Source: Fibrobacterota bacterium (GTDB lineage: Bacteria; Fibrobacterota; OXYB2-FULL-49-7; JAEUSG01). From it: DNA of 55,259 nt. Under the pieces are notes generated by a model. That model ran no database searches and was not told where the DNA came from. It saw only the letters and a program-made list of their open reading frames with translations. Positions 46,051 to 54,754 of this stretch are shown here, in pieces (position 1 is the stretch's first letter; each line of letters begins with the position of its first letter). The stretch spans positions 1 to 55,259 of the forward strand of contig JAEUSG010000116.1 in NCBI GenBank assembly GCA_016788315.1. Reading direction: 5' to 3'. The position numbers were made by a program, and so were the translations under genes.

Positions 46051-48262
46051 AAGCGGACAGTCAAATTCAATTACGGTTCGTCCCTATCCTGAGTTATCCG
46101 ATTCTGTAAATGAGTGGATACGCTCATATGGCAATGCGCCTGGAGTCAGCTGGAATGGATGGGGTTTGGCACAGGGACACAACATGTCAACTGGGGCTAA
46201 ACAGGGGCCCTCTATCGGCGCATGGGGTTGGTACATGGCAAATGGTCTGGTCTGGAAATACAAAGTTCCCGTTTGCATTATAAATGGAGGTTCCGGCGGA
46301 ACAGAAATAAAATCCCACTTAAGAAACAGCAACAACCCATTTGATTCATATTCCTTATATTCTAACCACCTCTCCCGCACTACCAATTCAGGGCTAAGAG
46401 GCGGAATCAAAGCAGTAATATGGCATCAGGGCGAATCCGATTCAGACGTTTCACGATACCCGCTCTATGCAGCACGCCTCGATTCGCTCTACCATTCATG
46501 GAAAATGGATTACCCTGCTCTAAAACATATTTACATCTTCCAAATCCGGCCTGGTTGCGGTGGCCTTCGTGGTGCTGAAATACGTGAAATTCAGCGCACC
46601 TTCCCGGGGAGCCGGACCGATATTCATGTAATGTCAACTAATGGTCTGACAGGCCACAGCTACCAGAATGATTTCTGCCACTACGAAGGTACGGGATATC
46701 GCCAGATGGCATCCTGGATTCGTGCATTGCTTGAGCGGGATTTCTATGGTTCTGCGGATACTTTAGCTATTGAACCGCCTGACGTGGTTTCCGCTTACCA
46801 CACATCGCTGCTCAGGAACCAGATTGCAGTGGAATTTACACAACCTGTCAACTGGAATGGAGCCTTAACAACCAGAAACTGGTTTCATTCCATAAAAAGC
46901 GCTTTTCAGGTTGACAGCAGTTCCGCCAATGTCAAATCTGTTTCATGGGACAGTGTAAACAGCCGGATATTGGTTAACTTGACTAAATCACTTTCTGCAA
47001 CTCGCATCTCCTATCTTCCGGAGCTGTACTATCCTGATACAAACATCACTTACGAAGGGCCCTGGCTTGTAAATTCACGTGGCGTCGGTGCGCTGGCTTT
47101 CCTCCAATTTCCAGTAACCCTTCCTGATTCGGTTCGTGATACCACACAGATTTTTGCCGATACAGCTACACCCGATTCGTTAAGTCTCACTGCCTCTTCA
47201 TTGCTGTTGCTGCCTGGAGATTCTATCCGTCCAGATGTAGTTGGATACTTCAATGGACTCCGCCGACCTGTAATAACTGGACTTTCTTGGATTTCAAAAT
47301 CAGTTGGCACAGTAACTGTTTCGTCTGAAGGTTTACTTAAAGGTGTGACTGAAGGTGGACCTGTTGCAGTAATTGTTGGCAAAAAAGGGGTTTATGATAC
47401 TGTAAACGTAACAGTAAAAAGCAGACCGTCAATTCTCAAACGCATTAATTTTGAAGACCAAAACCAGCCGGTACTTCCGGATTGGATTACAGAGAATTGG
47501 GGACGCTATTCAGCATCTCGTGGCTTTGGATGGGACTCCTTTCCAGGCGCAGGACACGCTTATCACGGCGCAACTATAGGCCCCTGGGTTGTTCGTACCT
47601 ATGTAGCTCTCGGAACAGGAAACTATGGTAACGAAAAGAATGCCTGGGCCCGCTACCGGATTCAGGTACCTGCTGGTGATTATGTTCTGCGCATAGGAAT
47701 GGGAACGCAATTATGGATGGGCATAGGCGGACGCACCCGCGATATTGCTGTGCACAATGGAGACACTCTGGTGAATAAAGATTTTGGATATTGTTCTGTT
47801 CACACAATGCGGATTACTGTAAATGGTGACAGCGGTCTTAAACTCAATATTTTTGGTGCAATCAACTACATTGTACTAATCTCAGGAGAATTTGAGCAAT
47901 ATGTCAACTTATTTGCAAATGACAGCACAGGCGGAGAAACTCCTCCTTCTTTACCATATACAACTGGTGAAATTGATGGCGCGTCTGATGAATTCGGATT
48001 TAAGGGCAATTCACCAAACCCATTCAATCCCTCAACATCTATCCGGTTTAATTTACCAACTCATGTAAATTCTGTTTACACTATCTGTGATGTTCAGGGC
48101 AGAGAAATATTCAGAACCGCGGTCTCTCATGCTGGTGCACACGTTATCTTCTGGAATGGAAACGATATGAAAGGACAAAGGGTAGCATCAGGATTATATG
48201 TAGGACGCTTACAAACAAGTAATGGGTATAAAAAAGAGCACCGTCTAATTATGCTGAAATAG
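45941..48262 (+). CDS. SASA (sialate O-acetylesterase-like, SGNH-type) carbohydrate esterase with Big_2-like and lectin-like modules and T9SS sorting domain; leaderless
   Basis: TTG start immediately after an in-frame TAA. FIISGQSNS, GGSGGTEI and AVIWHQGESD are SASA/DUF303 motifs. Big_2-like VSSEGLLKGVTEGGPVAVIVGKKGVYDTVNVTV. The C-terminus reads NSPNPFNPSTSIRF...GLYVGRLQTSNGYKKEHRLIMLK. No signal peptide. Confidence 0.6.
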   Translation: MFKLSFQKFSEYSIQIFADADSIGTADSIVCGDAFIISGQSNSITVRPYPELSDSVNEWIRSYGNAPGVSWNGWGLAQGHNMSTGAKQGPSIGAWGWYMANGLVWKYKVPVCIINGGSGGTEIKSHLRNSNNPFDSYSLYSNHLSRTTNSGLRGGIKAVIWHQGESDSDVSRYPLYAARLDSLYHSWKMDYPALKHIYIFQIRPGCGGLRGAEIREIQRTFPGSRTDIHVMSTNGLTGHSYQNDFCHYEGTGYRQMASWIRALLERDFYGSADTLAIEPPDVVSAYHTSLLRNQIAVEFTQPVNWNGALTTRNWFHSIKSAFQVDSSSANVKSVSWDSVNSRILVNLTKSLSATRISYLPELYYPDTNITYEGPWLVNSRGVGALAFLQFPVTLPDSVRDTTQIFADTATPDSLSLTASSLLLLPGDSIRPDVVGYFNGLRRPVITGLSWISKSVGTVTVSSEGLLKGVTEGGPVAVIVGKKGVYDTVNVTVKSRPSILKRINFEDQNQPVLPDWITENWGRYSASRGFGWDSFPGAGHAYHGATIGPWVVRTYVALGTGNYGNEKNAWARYRIQVPAGDYVLRIGMGTQLWMGIGGRTRDIAVHNGDTLVNKDFGYCSVHTMRITVNGDSGLKLNIFGAINYIVLISGEFEQYVNLFANDSTGGETPPSLPYTTGEIDGASDEFGFKGNSPNPFNPSTSIRFNLPTHVNSVYTICDVQGREIFRTAVSHAGAHVIFWNGNDMKGQRVASGLYVGRLQTSNGYKKEHRLIMLK

Positions 48263-48293
48263 CTGTTTCAAGGTTTAACGAAACAGCTTTTTA
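48261..48293 (+). terminator. Rho-independent terminator
   Basis: AGCTGTTTC (48261-48269), a 10-nt loop, then GAAACAGCT (48280-48288) followed by TTTT. It begins at the last base of the stop codon of the esterase gene. Confidence 0.7.
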
Positions 48294-48438
48294 TATGTCA
48301 TTTTATTACATAATAAATCATAATAAATACTCTGTGTCGATACATAAATGCCTAATAACAAAGAAAATAACAGGCTATTAATTGGTACAGTTTTTGCGCA
48401 ATAAACCAAAATTGCATACATAATGATTCATTAAAGGA

Positions 48439-51351
48439 GTGATTTTGAAGTTGAAATACTTAGCACTTTTAGCATTTTACCTTTTGACAGATTGTTCCAA
48501 TCCGGTCTCGAAAGAAAAAGAAGCGATTCCACCAGCCCCACCAGAAACTCCGAACCAATTTTCGGGACATACCGGTATAAAGGAAAACACACTCACCTGG
48601 TCTAACAGCACTGATTCTCTTTCTTACAATCTTTACTGGTCCACTGAGGATTCTGTCTCAATAGAAACTGCGAAAAAAGTGAGTGGTGTGACCTCCCCTT
48701 TCAAACACACTGCTTTGGATTTTCGTTCCACATACGCTTATGTACTCACTGCTGTTAATCAAATTGGCGAATCACAGCCAACAACCATAGTTAGATTGAA
48801 ACCTCTCATTCCCCCGCCTGTCAATCCAAAAACCACTCCCGGGAAATCGCAAATCACACTGACCTGGAATCCAGTTGCAGGTGCCTCAGGGTACCGGGTT
48901 TACTGGTCTAACATACCGGGAGTCACTCCAACAACGGGTTCTCGAATTTCGAGTACTACATCTGCATTGGTCCATACCTCTCTGGACTATCGACTGACCT
49001 ACTATTACATCATCACCACATTAGACAGCACACGCGAATCAGCCCCCTCCACAGAAATTATTGGACAGACCGTCCTACCTCAGCCTCAAGGGTTCACCGC
49101 TACCCCTGGTGTGGGTCAAATTACCCTCCAATGCGACACATTGCCCGGTGCAACACAGTACAACATCTACTGGTCAAATACACAAGGCGTTACCCCGATA
49201 ACCGGAAAGAAAATGACTTCATCCCTGCCAAACATCATCCATTCATCACTCAACTACTTACTCACCTACTACTATATCATCACTGCAGCTGATAGTGGTC
49301 GGGAGTCCGAGCCTCTCCCTGAAATTAGCCTCCACCCAGATTTGCCGGCCCCACGATTGGGAGGGAGTATTTCGGAACCGGGCAAAATTACCTTGCGATG
49401 GGATTCTATTCCAGGAGCAACGGCCTATAACATCTATTGGTCCACCAGCAAAGGTGTTACGCAGGCTACAGGTAATAAACTCACCAGCAAAATACCCACT
49501 CTCACCCATACCGGACTCGATTACAGAGCAACTTATTATTACATTGTCACATTCAGTACAGATAACCGTGAATCTCCACCGTCGTCTGAAACCGTTGCAC
49601 GGACCGCGCTTCCAACTCCGACAGGTGTCAAAGCCTCGTCAGGACTTGGTACCATTACTTTACAATGCGACTCACTTCCGGGCATTACCCAATACAACAT
49701 TTATTGGTCGAATTCACCTGGCGTAACGAAGGCAAATGGTAAAGTAATAAGCAGCACAGAACCCAAAATTACCCTGAGTAAACTCAACTACACCCTGACT
49801 TATTATTACATCATCACAACCCTGGAAGGGGGCCGGGAGTCCGTCCCCTGTGCAGAGATTAATGCTCGCCCTGAAATGCCTTCTCCTACAGGGGGAAAAG
49901 CCCTTCCAGGAACGGGAACAAACACCCTGCAGTGGGACGCTGTCAGCGGAGTCACGCACTATAACATCTACTGGTCTACAACCCCCGGCGTAACTAAGCA
50001 AACAGGCACCAAGCTGACATGCACAGGAACTCAATTCATACACACTGGGCTGAATTATCAACTAACCTATTATTACATCATTACAGCAGCAGACATTAAT
50101 CGTGAATCCGCTCCCAGTAATGAATTCCATTCAACACCAACCATCAGCAGTCCGGAAAACATAAGGCTCTCAGCAGTTGATAATCGGGCAATTTTGACTT
50201 GGAAAAACGTACCAGGTGCTGAGCAATACGACATATACCGGACCGCAGCCAATTCCACACCATTCATACGAATTCAAAATGTCAACAGCCCATGTACATT
50301 GACAAGTCTGGATACTGGACTTTATTCCTTTCAGGTTAGAGCACTCCGTTCGTTTGATGCATCTGTCCCAGACACCACACTGAGCTGCCGTATAAATGGC
50401 TTCATATTTGAACTGGAGGGAGACCACTATGTGGTTAAAGGGCACAATGGAACAGACACCATTCTCTCCATTCCCAATAAATATGCAGGAAAACCTGTAA
50501 CAACCATTGGAGAGCAAGCATTCTCTAATAAGATGCAATATAAACGTCTTTACATTCCTGAAGGCATCACGACAATAAGGATGATGGCTTTTTACTCCTG
50601 CTCTTTATTAACGGGTCCACTTATTCTCCCCTCAACAGTGAGTGCAATAGGGCCATTAGCCTTTACAGATTGCAACCATCTGGACAGCTCTCTTGTGCTC
50701 CCTGCTTCTCTCACTGAAATTCCTCAAAGCGCCTTTTTACGATGCACCCGTCTGAAAGGCCCGCTCGTGCTGCCGCCGTCGCTGGTAACGATTGGCAGTG
50801 GAGCCTTTGCAAACGATAGCCTTTTGCAGGGAAATATTCAATTTCCATCAACGCTCCGTTCCATAGGAGCCAATGCTTTTGGAAACTGTAAGAGCTTGAC
50901 GGGGTCACTACTTTTCCCGGATAGCCTAAAGAGCATTGGGGGTTGGGCGTTCTATGAGTGCAGCGGACTTACCGGGTCATTGGTTTTACCTCATGGATTA
51001 AGTGTAATTAATCAATACACCTTTACTGGATGCAGAAACATGACCGGAGGATTCGCAGTACCTGAAGGTGTTACCTTTATCGACATATCTGCATTCGTTC
51101 AAATGAACCAGATTACCGGGCCTATTATTTTTCCTGCAAGTTTGAAGCAAATGGGTGCCTGTGTGATTTATAATGAGAAGAGCTTGCAATCAGTGATTTT
51201 CAGAAACCCTGTACCCATTGCAGATATAACGAGTTGCCTCTTCAGTTCGTGTCCTTCAATGAAAACCATAAAAGTTCCGGCCTCCGCCTTGGATGCATAT
51301 AAAACCGCACCGATCTGGAAAAATTGGGCCCACCTCATGATTGCTGAATAA
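48439..51351 (+). CDS. lipoprotein with seven FN3-like repeats fused to BspA-type leucine-rich repeats
   Basis: The ORF starts at GTG 48439, but AAAGGAG abuts it, so TTG 48445 or 48451 is the more likely start. Lipobox-like LLTDC. Seven repeats carry ...Y.(I/V)YWS...GVT...TYYYII(T)...RES.P. The C-terminal half is LRR_5-like (AF..C..L.G.L.LP.S...IG..AF). Confidence 0.7.
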   Translation: MILKLKYLALLAFYLLTDCSNPVSKEKEAIPPAPPETPNQFSGHTGIKENTLTWSNSTDSLSYNLYWSTEDSVSIETAKKVSGVTSPFKHTALDFRSTYAYVLTAVNQIGESQPTTIVRLKPLIPPPVNPKTTPGKSQITLTWNPVAGASGYRVYWSNIPGVTPTTGSRISSTTSALVHTSLDYRLTYYYIITTLDSTRESAPSTEIIGQTVLPQPQGFTATPGVGQITLQCDTLPGATQYNIYWSNTQGVTPITGKKMTSSLPNIIHSSLNYLLTYYYIITAADSGRESEPLPEISLHPDLPAPRLGGSISEPGKITLRWDSIPGATAYNIYWSTSKGVTQATGNKLTSKIPTLTHTGLDYRATYYYIVTFSTDNRESPPSSETVARTALPTPTGVKASSGLGTITLQCDSLPGITQYNIYWSNSPGVTKANGKVISSTEPKITLSKLNYTLTYYYIITTLEGGRESVPCAEINARPEMPSPTGGKALPGTGTNTLQWDAVSGVTHYNIYWSTTPGVTKQTGTKLTCTGTQFIHTGLNYQLTYYYIITAADINRESAPSNEFHSTPTISSPENIRLSAVDNRAILTWKNVPGAEQYDIYRTAANSTPFIRIQNVNSPCTLTSLDTGLYSFQVRALRSFDASVPDTTLSCRINGFIFELEGDHYVVKGHNGTDTILSIPNKYAGKPVTTIGEQAFSNKMQYKRLYIPEGITTIRMMAFYSCSLLTGPLILPSTVSAIGPLAFTDCNHLDSSLVLPASLTEIPQSAFLRCTRLKGPLVLPPSLVTIGSGAFANDSLLQGNIQFPSTLRSIGANAFGNCKSLTGSLLFPDSLKSIGGWAFYECSGLTGSLVLPHGLSVINQYTFTGCRNMTGGFAVPEGVTFIDISAFVQMNQITGPIIFPASLKQMGACVIYNEKSLQSVIFRNPVPIADITSCLFSSCPSMKTIKVPASALDAYKTAPIWKNWAHLMIAE
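48556..50358 (+). repeat. in-frame tandem array, 7 units of exactly 89 codons (267 bp)
   Basis: The conserved Tyr of the (I/V/L)YW(S) motif falls at residues 66, 155, 244, 333, 422, 511 and 600 (IYR in the last unit), a constant 89-aa step. Units 3+4 resemble units 5+6 more than they resemble each other (TLQCD..LPG.TQYNIYWSN / YNIYWST..GVT..TG.KLT...HTGL.Y). Confidence 0.8.
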
Positions 51352-51392
51352 TAAGTTGACATATAAACAATTAATCTTAAAGGAACAGATTT

Positions 51393-52310
51393 ATGGAATC
51401 TCTTAAAGAATTTTTAAATCAACACCAATGGTCCGATACAACCGTTGAAACAGAAGAGGGCGATATTTCCGCCGTCTTTTTCGATTGGAAGAAACTGCCA
51501 GCTGAAGACAAGGCTGACCTCTTTGAATATTTCACCAACGAAGATACTCAGAAAAAAATTGAAAAGGGCGAATGGCTTCCAATTGCTGTGCTTGACATGT
51601 ATTATGGCATGGACAGCTTTGCAGAGATGAATAACAAAGGTATTCTTGTAGTTGTCCAAAAGGACAGCGAATACAAACCTGGTACGGTTCTATGGTTTTG
51701 CCAAGATAACGATGAGCCCGTTCAGGAGTTAGCGGAATCGTTAGATGCCTTAAAAGTAAAGAACTTAAAAGAAGAAAAAGAAGAAAAGGTTACAGCCAAT
51801 GATAGTCCCGACTCTCATTTGGAACCGCCCTACAAGGAACTCTGGGACAGTTCTATTGAAAAAAGCATAAAAAAAGATCTCGATGGTGCTATCGCTGACC
51901 TCAAGATTATTATGAAGGAACTTCCAGGAAACATTGCAGTTCTCAAAGCTCTCGCACAAGTCAGCGAAATGAAAAGCGAGTTTGATACCGCTTTGGAATA
52001 TGTGAATAAAGCGCTGAGCTTTAAACCCAATGACTTCTCTTTACTAAAAACAAAAGGGGAGATTTTAATCAGCTTAAAACATTATGATGGGGCTATAGAA
52101 CTTTCACAAGCGATGGAAAAAATAGCGCGTGACGACGACGACGATTCAGACCTCGGAAAAGCGTTAGCGCTTCGTGGTATTGCACTTGTGAAAACTGGGA
52201 AAACAAAGGAAGCGAAGCCATTAATCGAGGAGGCTGAAGAAAAAGGCTCCTTTCTTTCCATGACTTTTTCTGATTACGACTGGGCAAAAGAGGAAGTTGA
52301 AAAAGTTTAA
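51393..52310 (+). CDS. cytoplasmic protein, N-terminal SUKH(SMI1/KNR4)-like region (weak) plus C-terminal TPR repeats
   Basis: 305 aa with no signal peptide and an acidic linker (KEEKEEK). TPR-like ALKALAQVSEMKSEFDTALEYVNKALSFKPNDFSLLKTKGEILISLKHYDGAIEL. The N-terminal assignment is speculative. Confidence 0.4.
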   Translation: MESLKEFLNQHQWSDTTVETEEGDISAVFFDWKKLPAEDKADLFEYFTNEDTQKKIEKGEWLPIAVLDMYYGMDSFAEMNNKGILVVVQKDSEYKPGTVLWFCQDNDEPVQELAESLDALKVKNLKEEKEEKVTANDSPDSHLEPPYKELWDSSIEKSIKKDLDGAIADLKIIMKELPGNIAVLKALAQVSEMKSEFDTALEYVNKALSFKPNDFSLLKTKGEILISLKHYDGAIELSQAMEKIARDDDDDSDLGKALALRGIALVKTGKTKEAKPLIEEAEEKGSFLSMTFSDYDWAKEEVEKV

Positions 52311-53564
52311 ATGAGTAAATCGACAGAAGCTGCAATTAATTTTTTAATGAAGGGTGAATGGGATCTTTGCCTGGCTGAGATTTCCAATCAACGGTCGGGA
52401 GAAGGAGATTGTTGGGAGTATTGGTGGATAGAAGCACGCATTCTTCGTTTACGCGATAACAATCCAGTCACCGCTTTTGAGAAAATCGATTACAGTCTGA
52501 GTGTTTTTGGTTACAATTTTTATTTACTTGATTCGGGACTCTCCTATTTGAACCTTTCTGGTAAGTACGCGGAAGTGGTGGTATTCTGGAGAAAATATCG
52601 GGAACATTGGTTGTGCAACCAAACAAACCCGACCCAGATTGCAGTGCATCTTTTACACGCCTACTCCCTGCTTAAGCGTCCCTTTGATGGACTTGAAGAA
52701 ATAAAAAGCATGGGGCTTCTTGTTAGTGTAGCAAATGATTGGTCAATCTCAGCTACGAATGATGCTTATTATTTTAATGTCAGCTGTCTTTATGCACAGA
52801 TTGGCGATGTACGGCAGATGCTTGAATATGCGCAGGCTGCACTGGCAATAAAAGATAAGATGGTTCAGTATCTTACAGATGAAAGCTTCGCATCTATGCG
52901 CACCAAAACCATTTTTGCTGACTTTATTGAATATAACAATAACAAATTTAACACCTATTTATGTCTGCAAAAAAACAATCATCGGGTTGAAGTTTTCACT
53001 CGTGCCAACAGCTTTTATTCACTGATGGTAGTTGAATGTACCGATGGTGTGTATCAGCTTAAGAAGTGGGAACGGACCGAATCAGCTGTGACGGAAGACA
53101 ATCAATTTTCTTCTCATGCAGACCTTTTGATGTATCGTAATGCATTCGTTGAAAATCTTCTATCACAGGGTTATGCTTCCGCTGATTACCCTTATGCCGC
53201 TGAATGGATTACAACGCTTAGGGATGTTTTTATTGGTTGTGCATCTTCCCGTGGCATTTCAGAGAATATGAAACCGGTCTTTACGCTTGAATGGGATTAT
53301 GTTTATGAAGATTTAAAGCCGGAAGTTCACCCGTTAACAAGAAGCTATTATTTTTACGGTGATTTTGGTGAAGACGACCATATCGGATTTCTACCTATAA
53401 TCCCTACTCTGGATTGGTTTAAGGAAATTATTCTGAAGAGCATCGAGGGCGTAACGCTAATTTTAGAAAATGCCCGGTTGGAATGCGCACACTCTGAACA
53501 TGATTCGGGGGATGAATTTTCTTTTCTTTATCCCAATGATGATCAGAAAGAAATCGTAGCATGA
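52311..53564 (+). CDS. cytoplasmic hypothetical protein, helical-repeat N-half, weak WGR-like segment
   Basis: 417 aa. The ATG directly abuts the upstream TAA. The segment NSFYSLMVVECTDGVYQLKKWERTESAVTEDNQFSSHADLLMYRNAFVENLLSQGY loosely fits the FY...W(G)R...F.S...A...F......GY WGR pattern. Confidence 0.35.
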   Translation: MSKSTEAAINFLMKGEWDLCLAEISNQRSGEGDCWEYWWIEARILRLRDNNPVTAFEKIDYSLSVFGYNFYLLDSGLSYLNLSGKYAEVVVFWRKYREHWLCNQTNPTQIAVHLLHAYSLLKRPFDGLEEIKSMGLLVSVANDWSISATNDAYYFNVSCLYAQIGDVRQMLEYAQAALAIKDKMVQYLTDESFASMRTKTIFADFIEYNNNKFNTYLCLQKNNHRVEVFTRANSFYSLMVVECTDGVYQLKKWERTESAVTEDNQFSSHADLLMYRNAFVENLLSQGYASADYPYAAEWITTLRDVFIGCASSRGISENMKPVFTLEWDYVYEDLKPEVHPLTRSYYFYGDFGEDDHIGFLPIIPTLDWFKEIILKSIEGVTLILENARLECAHSEHDSGDEFSFLYPNDDQKEIVA

Positions 53565-54142
53565 AGTTCTTTATTCTTGACTGTAATGAACCGCTTTCGG
53601 TCAACAGCGAGGCGATGATGGAAATTCATAACACCTTTCGTGTTGGAGGCATACGACTGTGGTCGTCTGGCAAGGGTCACGACAAACCGGTGCCGACACC
53701 CATTGAAATCCCTTTCGATACTTTTCGAGAATACTCTGGTGCACCGATTGAGTTTTTAGATGTTGGAATTCCGATTATGTCACTTAGGATGGCTAATGCG
53801 TTACTTGATGCGGGTGTAAATAATATTGAATTTTACGATGCCTCTCTTGTTAATAAGCAAAGTGGAAAAACTTTCCATTATAAGGCTTTTAATATTATTG
53901 GTTTGGTTTCAGCGGCAGACCTTAAGCGATCGGCATGGCATAGTTTAGATGGGGATGTACAGCACACGGTTTCTTTTGAACGATTGATACTTGACGAATC
54001 ATTATCCGAAAGGCTCGATATATTTCGTCTTGCTGAAAATGTAAAGGCGATAATTGTGAGTGAACGAATTAAACATATTCTTTTATCAAAAGGCATTAAT
54101 ACGCTGAAATTTATATCGCCTGAACAATGGACGATGGTTTAA
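53561..54142 (+). CDS. Imm11/DUF1629-like predicted immunity protein (paralog 1)
   Basis: 193 aa with an ATGA overlap upstream. YKAFNIIGLVSAADLKRS and the C-terminal IFRLAENVKAIIVSERIKHILLSKGINTLKFISPEQW match my recollection of the Imm11 family architecture. Confidence 0.55.
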   Translation: MKFFILDCNEPLSVNSEAMMEIHNTFRVGGIRLWSSGKGHDKPVPTPIEIPFDTFREYSGAPIEFLDVGIPIMSLRMANALLDAGVNNIEFYDASLVNKQSGKTFHYKAFNIIGLVSAADLKRSAWHSLDGDVQHTVSFERLILDESLSERLDIFRLAENVKAIIVSERIKHILLSKGINTLKFISPEQWTMV

Positions 54143-54172
54143 ATAGACAGCATCCTTAAAGTTGGAGATGAT

Positions 54173-54751
54173 TTGATAAAGACTAAGTATTATATGCTGG
54201 AATGCATCGCACCGGAAGCGTGGGACGATGTTGCGTTAGTTGAGGGCATTGCACCTCCGGTCGGAGAAATTTCATGGCGATTGGGGAGTCGTTTTATCAA
54301 TCCACCCCGAGAGCCGGTAGTGGTGAATCTGCATCCGGAATACGGTGTTCAGATTAAAGAACTGCGCAATGTTGATGCGCTGTTGATGACCCGCCGTTTG
54401 CATGAAGCATTTGTCGAGGCAGGAGTTTCCAATCTTGACACTTATTCAGCAATTATACGCCATCCGTCCAGAAATTTTGAAACCTCTGATTATGTTGTCT
54501 GTAATCTTGTCGGCATTGTTGCCACAGCAAATCTTAAAAATCTTTTCGTAAACGGGTCTTCCACGCACGGAATAAATGATATTGACATCAACCCCATTGT
54601 CATTGATGATGAGAGTGTAGGCGAACTCTTGATGTTTCGCCTGAAAGAAAACAGCAGTGCCGTTGTTGTGCATGAATCCGTTAAAGCGGCACTTCTTTCA
54701 AAGGGGTTTAGCATGTTAACATTTGTTTCACCCGAAGAGTGGCTTGGGTAA
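54173..54751 (+). CDS. Imm11/DUF1629-like predicted immunity protein (paralog 2)
   Basis: 192 aa, colinear with paralog 1 (YVVCNLVGIVATANLKN; MFRLKENSSAVVVHESVKAALLSKGFSMLTFVSPEEW). Confidence 0.55.
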   Translation: MIKTKYYMLECIAPEAWDDVALVEGIAPPVGEISWRLGSRFINPPREPVVVNLHPEYGVQIKELRNVDALLMTRRLHEAFVEAGVSNLDTYSAIIRHPSRNFETSDYVVCNLVGIVATANLKNLFVNGSSTHGINDIDINPIVIDDESVGELLMFRLKENSSAVVVHESVKAALLSKGFSMLTFVSPEEWLG

Positions 54752-54754
54752 AGT

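Noticed and set aside
46084-46410. 108-aa minus-strand ORF in the same frame as 45268..46050, considered as a TAG read-through N-terminal extension supplying a missing leader
   Set aside because: It is antisense to the best-conserved part of the SASA esterase (GGSGGTEI, AVIWHQGESD). Its product has no signal peptide or recognisable motif.
5628-48262. C-terminal PNPF... modules read as flagellar FlgD hook-capping domains
   Set aside because: They share the Ig-like fold, but here they always sit at the extreme C-terminus of signal-peptide-bearing enzymes, and there are no flagellar genes. They are interpreted as T9SS sorting domains.
19351-48262. Classical Bacteroidota-type PUL (SusC/SusD-centred)
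   Set aside because: No ORF has a TonB-box, plug or beta-barrel character or a SusD-like lipoprotein signature. The island is therefore described as a T9SS cargo locus instead.
48439-48453. GTG 48439 as the true start of the FN3/LRR lipoprotein
   Set aside because: The AAAGGAG Shine-Dalgarno sequence ends at the G of this GTG, which leaves no spacer. TTG 48445 or TTG 48451 is more plausible. The track coordinate is kept in the feature list only for consistency.
48556-50358. Regular 267-bp periodicity considered as a CRISPR-like or non-coding satellite array
   Set aside because: The period is far too long for CRISPR and there are no short identical direct repeats. The array is in frame within one ORF and is conserved at the protein level (FN3-like).
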